DNA of 32,375 nt from Bdellovibrio sp. (GTDB taxonomy: Bacteria; Bdellovibrionota; Bdellovibrionia; Bdellovibrionales; Bdellovibrionaceae): contig JBKCUU010000008.1 in the NCBI GenBank assembly GCA_046318155.1, positions 1-32,375 of the forward strand, given 5' to 3'. Under the pieces are notes generated by a model that was not told the DNA's origin, did not search any database, and saw nothing but the letters and a program-made list of their open reading frames with translations. Of this stretch, positions 26,954 to 32,375 are shown one piece after another. Made by a program: the position numbers and the translations under genes. The first letter of the stretch is position 1; each line of letters opens with the position of its first letter.

Positions 26954-27004
26954 AGAATAGTGGACGCCTCCTTTGTTGTCAGCCCCAAACCTTGATGCTA
27001 GATC
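26954..27004. promoter_or_regulatory. Overlapping divergent sigma70 promoters for tadA and rpsU
   Basis: Minus strand: CTGACA (26982-26977)-N17-TATTCT (26959-26954)-N7-ATG. Plus strand: TTGTCA (26976-26981)-N17-TAGATC (26999-27004) with a TG extension. Confidence 0.5.
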
Positions 27005-27044
27005 CATGAGTTCTTTCCGCCACCAGAAGGGCCGGGTGATTTTT

Positions 27045-27245
27045 GTGGCAATGGTTCGTATTAAAGACGGAGAAAGCTTCGAAGGCGCTTTTCGTCGTTT
27101 CAAAAAATCGTGCGAAAAAGCCGGTATCTTGTCGGAAGTTAAAAAGCGCGAGCACTTTGAAAAACCAAGCGTTCGTTTAAAGAAAAAGTCGATCGCTGCG
27201 CGCAAGCGTGCAATGAAGAAGACCCGTAAAAGCTGGGGAGATTGA
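27045..27245 (+). CDS. rpsU: 30S ribosomal protein S21
   Basis: [33 protein letters not shown]. The start is GTG 27045 or ATG 27051. Confidence 0.95.
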   Translation: MAMVRIKDGESFEGAFRRFKKSCEKAGILSEVKKREHFEKPSVRLKKKSIAARKRAMKKTRKSWGD

Positions 27246-27270
27246 TTCCCAGATTTGAAGTTATTTTCTA

Positions 27271-27302
27271 AGGGATCTCCTTCGCAGGAGGTCCCTTTTT
27301 TT
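27271..27302 (+). terminator. Intrinsic terminator/attenuator after rpsU
   Basis: AGGGATCTCCT-TCGC-AGGAGGTCCCT followed by a T run. Confidence 0.85.
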
Positions 27303-27345
27303 GTCGTGAGCCCTCGTGCGCTCACCCTTTTGAGAGGATCGATTT

Positions 27346-27792
27346 ATGGATATGCGTGCAAAACTCACCGAAGATATGAAAGACGCCATGCGAGCGAAGG
27401 ACTCTCTCAAGCTTGATGCCATTCGCTTCTTGCAGGCGGCGATCAAAAAAACCGAAATCGATATGCGCCCCAATCCCATCACACCTGATGACATCTTGGG
27501 CGTCCTCAAAAAAATGGTGAAGCAACGAAAAGAATCCATCGAGCAGTATCAAAATGCAAACCGCCAAGATTTGGTCGACAAAGAAACGGCCGAGCTTAAA
27601 ATTCTTGAGGCGTATTTGCCTGCGCAAATGTCGAAAGAGCAGATCGAAGCTCTTGTTGTTGCCACGATTTCTGAGCTTAAAGCCACGACTGTCAAAGACA
27701 TGGGCCCAGTCATGAAAGCCGTCATTGCAAAATCAAATGGCGCTGCCGATAACAAAGTTGTCAGCGAAATCATCAAATCGAAATTGACCTAA
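27346..27792 (+). CDS. yqeY: GatB/YqeY domain protein
   Basis: DMKDAMRAKD, KQRKESIEQY..ANRQDL..KE..EL.IL..YLP.Q, KDMGPVMK. Confidence 0.93.
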   Translation: MDMRAKLTEDMKDAMRAKDSLKLDAIRFLQAAIKKTEIDMRPNPITPDDILGVLKKMVKQRKESIEQYQNANRQDLVDKETAELKILEAYLPAQMSKEQIEALVVATISELKATTVKDMGPVMKAVIAKSNGAADNKVVSEIIKSKLT

Positions 27793-27842
27793 AAACTTGG
27801 AGATTCTGGCAGCTCCAAAGAGCGCCGGGCTGAAGGACTTGA

Positions 27843-29765
27843 ATGCGTTTCGGACAGGACTTCATCGAGAAGGTCCAAGAGGGAAACAACCTCGTGGACG
27901 TCATTTCTCAATACACGCAGTTGAAACCCGCTGCCGGTGGGTTTATGGGCCGCTGTCCGTTTCCGGATCACCCCGAAAAATCGCCCTCGTTCTCGGTCAG
28001 TGAGGCCAAACAAGTTTACAACTGTTTTGGTTGTGGCAAAAAAGGCAACATTTTTACGTTTTTGCGCGACTACAACGGCATGAACTTTCGCGATGCACTC
28101 GAGTATCTTGCGAACCGCGCCAACATTGCGATTCCCGAGGACACCAGTGTTGATAAAGATCAGCATGACCTGATCTCTAAAAAGAAAAAAGAACTCTCGC
28201 ACGCCAACAAATTAGCCGCGCAATATTTTTTCGAAACCTTTCGTCGTCTACCAACCACTCATCACGCCAAAGTCTATGCTGAAAAGCGCGGTCTCTCGAG
28301 CGAGACGATTCAATCTTTTCAGATTGGTTACGCGACTGAAGAGTGGGATGGCCTCACACACTTTTTAAAATCAAAAGGGGTTTCGATGAGCCTGGCCGAA
28401 GAGGCCCGGTTGATCAAAGCCCGCAAAGAAGGCGGCGGTTATTTTGATTTGTTTCGCGATCGGTTGATGTTTCCGATTCTAAATCCTATGGGCGAGCCGA
28501 TCGCTTTTGGCGGCCGAGTGATTTTGCAAGGCGAGCCCAAGTACTTGAATTCGCCTGAGACCGGCGTTTTTACAAAAGGCAAAGTGCTTTACGGGATGTC
28601 TCAGGCCGCTCGCTATGTTCGAAGCGAAGACCAGGTGTTAATCGTCGAGGGTTACATGGACGTCGTGTCTTTGGCGCAGTCAGGCATTCAGCAATGTGTG
28701 GCCACGATGGGAACGGCGCTCACGCCCGAGCATGGCAAGATTTTAGGACGCATGACTAAAAACGTGATCGCCTTGTTTGACGGCGACCAGGCCGGCTTAA
28801 CAGCAGCCGAGCGCTCTCTTCCAATTTTACTTGCGGCCGAACTGCATCCCAAGGGTTTGGTTTTGCCCGACGACATGGATCCTGATGACTTTATCAAAGC
28901 CAAAGGTCCCGAGGCGCTCAAACAAATGCTCGATCGCGCGCCTGATTTGTTCACGCTGGTGCTGGGGCAGTGGACACAAGAGTTTCGCGGTGAGGCTTCC
29001 GAAAAAGTGCAGCTCTCAGACCGCTTGATGCCAATCTTCGAAGCCATGCGAGATCCTCGAATTAAGCGCCTGTATTTCAGGGAAGTGCAGACCAAATTGG
29101 GTGTTGAAGAGCGCTGGTTGATGGAGGCTTTGAAAATTTCTCCCAAAAATCAGGGTCAAAGACCACCAGATCGAGGCACTTCGGGCCCTATGCAAAATGC
29201 TGCGCCAGCTCGGAATTCGAACTTTTCTTCGCCTCAAAATAATTTTGAAACTGCCACGTTGGACCCCGTTAAAGACTCATCAGAACGATTTGTCGAGGGG
29301 CAAATCCGGCTAGAAGGTGCGCCAGCTGTGGAAATTTTACTAGCTGGGCTTATGCTCAAAAATCGTGCCCACTTTGACGAAGCGATCAACTCGGGGGTTC
29401 TTGAGGCGCTCACCCACCCCGGGGTGCGGGCCGTGCTTGAAAAGGCGGCAGAACACACTCGACAAGGTCCTGAAAAGTTTGATAAATTGACCGGTCTGCT
29501 GACCTCAATTGTCGACAAACCAGAGCTTCTGATCGGCGCCGGAGAATTCCCGGGCGGACAAGGTTCCGATGACGACCAAATTGAACGGCAGGAACGCGAG
29601 CGCGGACTCTTCAAAGATCACTTGAAAAGAGTCAAAGATCTCGCGCTCAAGGCCGAAGTGGCTCGGATTCAGCAGCAGCTAAAATCCGCACCCGCCGACC
29701 AAGAGTTGATGGAGAGGCTGATGAAAGTTCAGCGCGACCGCCTGAATCTGCAAAAAGAATCCTGA
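27843..29765 (+). CDS. dnaG: DNA primase
   Basis: Zinc finger [55 protein letters not shown]. Confidence 0.96.
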   Translation: MRFGQDFIEKVQEGNNLVDVISQYTQLKPAAGGFMGRCPFPDHPEKSPSFSVSEAKQVYNCFGCGKKGNIFTFLRDYNGMNFRDALEYLANRANIAIPEDTSVDKDQHDLISKKKKELSHANKLAAQYFFETFRRLPTTHHAKVYAEKRGLSSETIQSFQIGYATEEWDGLTHFLKSKGVSMSLAEEARLIKARKEGGGYFDLFRDRLMFPILNPMGEPIAFGGRVILQGEPKYLNSPETGVFTKGKVLYGMSQAARYVRSEDQVLIVEGYMDVVSLAQSGIQQCVATMGTALTPEHGKILGRMTKNVIALFDGDQAGLTAAERSLPILLAAELHPKGLVLPDDMDPDDFIKAKGPEALKQMLDRAPDLFTLVLGQWTQEFRGEASEKVQLSDRLMPIFEAMRDPRIKRLYFREVQTKLGVEERWLMEALKISPKNQGQRPPDRGTSGPMQNAAPARNSNFSSPQNNFETATLDPVKDSSERFVEGQIRLEGAPAVEILLAGLMLKNRAHFDEAINSGVLEALTHPGVRAVLEKAAEHTRQGPEKFDKLTGLLTSIVDKPELLIGAGEFPGGQGSDDDQIERQERERGLFKDHLKRVKDLALKAEVARIQQQLKSAPADQELMERLMKVQRDRLNLQKES

Positions 29766-29833
29766 TTCGGATTGCAGAGTTTGAGTCAAAAAGTTTTCTC
29801 GCCCGCTGGGCGCATGAAGGTAGAGGTCAAAAG

Positions 29834-31651
29834 ATGTCGATGAGTCCGAATGCCAAAGAGCCAGTCAAAATTCTCTCGATCCCCGAGCAAGAAGCCCTGA
29901 TCAAAGAAGAAATTCAAAAGTTCATCAAGCTTGGTAAAGAAAAAACCACGCTGACGATCGAAGAGATCAACGAGTTGCTTCCTCCAGAAATCATCGCGGC
30001 CAGCGTGCTCGATGCTTTCATGCACGGACTCGAAGTGAATGGCGTGGCGATTACCGAGCTTGAGGCCGGTAAATCCGAAGACGAGAAAGAGTCCTTTCTC
30101 GCCGATCCCGATAAAGAAGACGAAGAAAAAGACGACGACGAAGAAGCTGAAGGTGAAGACGTAAAGGGTAATGACCCCGTCCGCCTTTACTTGCGCAAAA
30201 TGGGGTCTGTGTCCCTGCTGACTCGCGAAGGCGAAGTTGAGATTGCCCGCCGAATCGAAAAAGGGGAGCGCGAGATCGTTCGGGCCATCTTGATGTCACC
30301 CATCGGAACGATCGAGATCATCAATCTTGGTAAGCGCTTGGATGAAGGCCGCATCAAAGTAAAATCGATTTTCCGGGGTCTTGAGGACGAAGAAACTCAA
30401 TACGACGAAAAAGAGTACATCGAAAAAATCCACCAATTGATTGGTGTCGTGAATGAGTACAAGCGCAATGCGGGTCCTTTATTTGCGGTCTTGCGCAAAG
30501 AAGAAGGCAACTCGCCATCACGTGATAAGGCATGGAAAGAGCTCACGGCGATGAACGAGATTTTGATGGCAACTTTCGAGACCATCAATTTTAACCGTAA
30601 AACGATCAACCGCATTGTGGTGAAATTTCGTAACTTGGTAAACCGTCTGAACTCGCTCCGCCGCCGTGTTAAAGATGGCAATGAGCGCACGTTTTCGAAA
30701 GACACCAACGCTCTTGTTGAGCGTTTGAAAGTCATCGAAGGAAACGAAAAAGAACTTCAAAAAATGACCAAAGACACAGGCTTAAGCTACAACCGCTTTC
30801 GCACTTATGCCATTGAGGCGCAAGAGGCGCACGTCCGTGTTCAGCGCCTATTGTTTGAGACCGAGATGAATCACCGCTGGATCAGCGATACCTACACCGC
30901 AATCTGGAAGGGTGAGAAAGAGTCTGATTACGCAAAATCAGAGCTCGTTGAAGCCAACTTACGTCTCGTGGTTTCGATCGCCAAAAAATACACCAACCGT
31001 GGTCTGCAATTCTTGGATCTGATACAAGAGGGTAACATCGGTTTGATGAAAGCCGTTGATAAGTTCGAGTACCGTCGTGGATTTAAGTTTTCGACATACG
31101 CGACTTGGTGGATCCGTCAGGCGATTACCCGCGCGATCGCCGATCAGGCCCGTACGATTCGTATTCCGGTTCACATGATCGAAACGATCAACAAGCTGGT
31201 TCGAACGTCGCGCTACTTGGTGCAAGAGCTGGGACGCGAGCCCATGCCTGAAGAGATCGCCGAGCGCATGGATATGCCCGTCGATAAGGTCCGCAAGGTT
31301 CTTAAAATCGCCAAAGAGCCGATCTCTCTTGAAACCCCCGTGGGTGAAGAAGAAGATTCGCACTTGGGTGATTTTATCGAAGATAAAAAGGTCATCAATC
31401 CTGCTGAAGCCATTGTGAACTTGAACTTGGCCGAACAAACGCGCCGAGTGCTCTCGACGCTGACGCCTCGTGAAGAAAAAGTTCTGCGAATGCGCTTTGG
31501 TATCGGTGAAGAATCCGATCACACGCTCGAAGAAGTCGGACAAGACTTTAACGTGACTCGTGAGCGGATCCGTCAGATTGAGGCCAAGGCTTTGCGCAAA
31601 CTGCGCCACCCTTCACGTTCGAATAAACTCAAAACTTTCGTTGACACATGA
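29834..31651 (+). CDS. rpoD: RNA polymerase primary sigma factor
   Basis: Region 1.1, an acidic tract, [73 protein letters not shown]. Confidence 0.98.
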   Translation: MSMSPNAKEPVKILSIPEQEALIKEEIQKFIKLGKEKTTLTIEEINELLPPEIIAASVLDAFMHGLEVNGVAITELEAGKSEDEKESFLADPDKEDEEKDDDEEAEGEDVKGNDPVRLYLRKMGSVSLLTREGEVEIARRIEKGEREIVRAILMSPIGTIEIINLGKRLDEGRIKVKSIFRGLEDEETQYDEKEYIEKIHQLIGVVNEYKRNAGPLFAVLRKEEGNSPSRDKAWKELTAMNEILMATFETINFNRKTINRIVVKFRNLVNRLNSLRRRVKDGNERTFSKDTNALVERLKVIEGNEKELQKMTKDTGLSYNRFRTYAIEAQEAHVRVQRLLFETEMNHRWISDTYTAIWKGEKESDYAKSELVEANLRLVVSIAKKYTNRGLQFLDLIQEGNIGLMKAVDKFEYRRGFKFSTYATWWIRQAITRAIADQARTIRIPVHMIETINKLVRTSRYLVQELGREPMPEEIAERMDMPVDKVRKVLKIAKEPISLETPVGEEEDSHLGDFIEDKKVINPAEAIVNLNLAEQTRRVLSTLTPREEKVLRMRFGIGEESDHTLEEVGQDFNVTRERIRQIEAKALRKLRHPSRSNKLKTFVDT

Positions 31652-31743
31652 TTTGGGCGCGCGAGCGCCCACACGTGGCAAAATGTTTTTGGTTTGTGGC
31701 AAAGGTCGATCTTTGTTAGCCTTTTTCTGGCACGATCGTTCTT

Positions 31744-31820
31744 GGGGGCTTAGCTTAGTTGGTTAAAGCAGGCGGCTCATAACCGCCGGATCGGGGGTTC
31801 GAATCCCTCAGCCCCTACCA
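31744..31820 (+). tRNA. tRNA with CAU anticodon, most likely tRNA-Ile2 (lysidine); elongator Met not excluded
   Basis: Acceptor stem GGGGGCT/AGCCCCT, D-arm, anticodon stem GGCGG/CCGCC with loop CTCATAA, GTTCGAATC T-loop, encoded CCA. It lacks initiator features (C1:A72 mismatch, three G:C pairs). The position after rpoD is typical of Ile2. Confidence 0.93.
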
Positions 31821-32375
31821 TTTTTCAAGCTGTTCGAACCAGCGTCATAAAAAAAGTTCGGGTTTAATTTTAAAATTTCGCAAGTTTCCAGGTTCCCGTG
31901 AAAAACAGGGAGTGGAGACGTGCGTCTTTTTTGTGCTTGTGGGTTTAAAAGGGCGCGGGAGCCCGAGCTTGAGATTTCAAGCAGCTCGAGCTCCCGCTGA
32001 TAATGGCTTTCGCCGGCGTGGAAAGAGATTTCAATGATCTCTTGTTTGATTGTGATCCTGTGAACAATTTTTTGGATGATCGCGGTTCTAACCGCAGGCG
32101 TGCATTCATCGGTCAGAAGCTTTGCGATTTGCTTTCTGAAAGTTTCAAAATCCTCAATGCTCACGGCTTTATTGTCAGTTATCTCAGTTTGCTTGATGGC
32201 CTTTATCTGTTCTTCAAAACTCTGTTTTTGTATTGATAGTTTTTCCATTTGATCAAATACGGGCTTTGGACTGACAGACTTTGGCAAAAGTCCCAGTCTT
32301 TCAGACAAAGCTTCAAGCTGCATATTGATCTCGTAGATTTTATTTTGCTTGCGCTCGATTTCTTTCACGGGCGAA
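31808..32375 (-). CDS. C-terminal part of a probable large serine recombinase/integrase (5' end outside the window)
   Basis: The frame is open to the window end. A coiled coil is followed by RTAIIQKIVHRITIKQEIIEISF, typical of the large serine recombinase C-terminal domain. The stop codon lies inside the tRNA. The catalytic domain is not visible. Confidence 0.65.
   Translation of the reverse strand, partial: SPVKEIERKQNKIYEINMQLEALSERLGLLPKSVSPKPVFDQMEKLSIQKQSFEEQIKAIKQTEITDNKAVSIEDFETFRKQIAKLLTDECTPAVRTAIIQKIVHRITIKQEIIEISFHAGESHYQRELELLEISSSGSRALLNPQAQKRRTSPLPVFHGNLETCEILKLNPNFFYDAGSNSLKNGRG
31808..32375. mobile_element. Left boundary (att site) of an element integrated at the tRNA 3' end
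   Basis: A recombinase-like gene converges on and overlaps the tRNA 3' end, and the sequence looks more AT-rich by eye after 31820. Confidence 0.55.

Noticed and set aside
30075..30160. GAA/GAC-rich low-complexity tract
   Set aside because: It encodes the usual acidic linker of RpoD between regions 1.1 and 1.2.
30959..31609. 216-aa minus-strand ORF
   Set aside because: It is an antisense shadow of conserved rpoD regions 2-4.
31728..31743. Sigma54-like TGGCACG upstream of the tRNA
   Set aside because: The -12 position reads TTCT instead of TTGC, and the implied start would fall inside the tRNA.

Overview
A 32.4-kb, mostly core-chromosome stretch of a Gram-negative bacterium. Gene content, gene order and protein style point to a Bdellovibrio-like predator (inference only). 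From left to right: partial ispA, a patatin-fold lipoprotein lacking its catalytic residues, pepP, a HAD hydrolase, a GNAT-like protein with glpD, and then an mreB without mreC/mreD that heads a tightly coupled operon with a degenerate ECF-sigma-like protein, a membrane anti-sigma-like protein and an orphan histidine kinase. Next come a short radC, lpoB with a COG3014-type lipoprotein, an orphan PhaR-domain regulator, a TPR lipoprotein, a small islet (RHH antitoxin, PIN toxin, lipoprotein), a LolB-like lipoprotein, prkA/yeaG-yeaH-spoVR-yciH, a Tat-type M48 peptidase, tadA, the rpsU-yqeY-dnaG-rpoD operon and a CAU-anticodon tRNA. A probable serine recombinase gene ends inside that tRNA, marking the edge of an integrated element. 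The best leads are the mreB/sigma-like/anti-sigma/kinase module, a recurrent RxPAS peptide motif in exported proteins, repeated leaderless-type promoter geometry, the recombinase reading into the tRNA, and the pseudo-patatin. No CRISPR array or rRNA was seen. All calls are by eye from motifs; no database searches were run.
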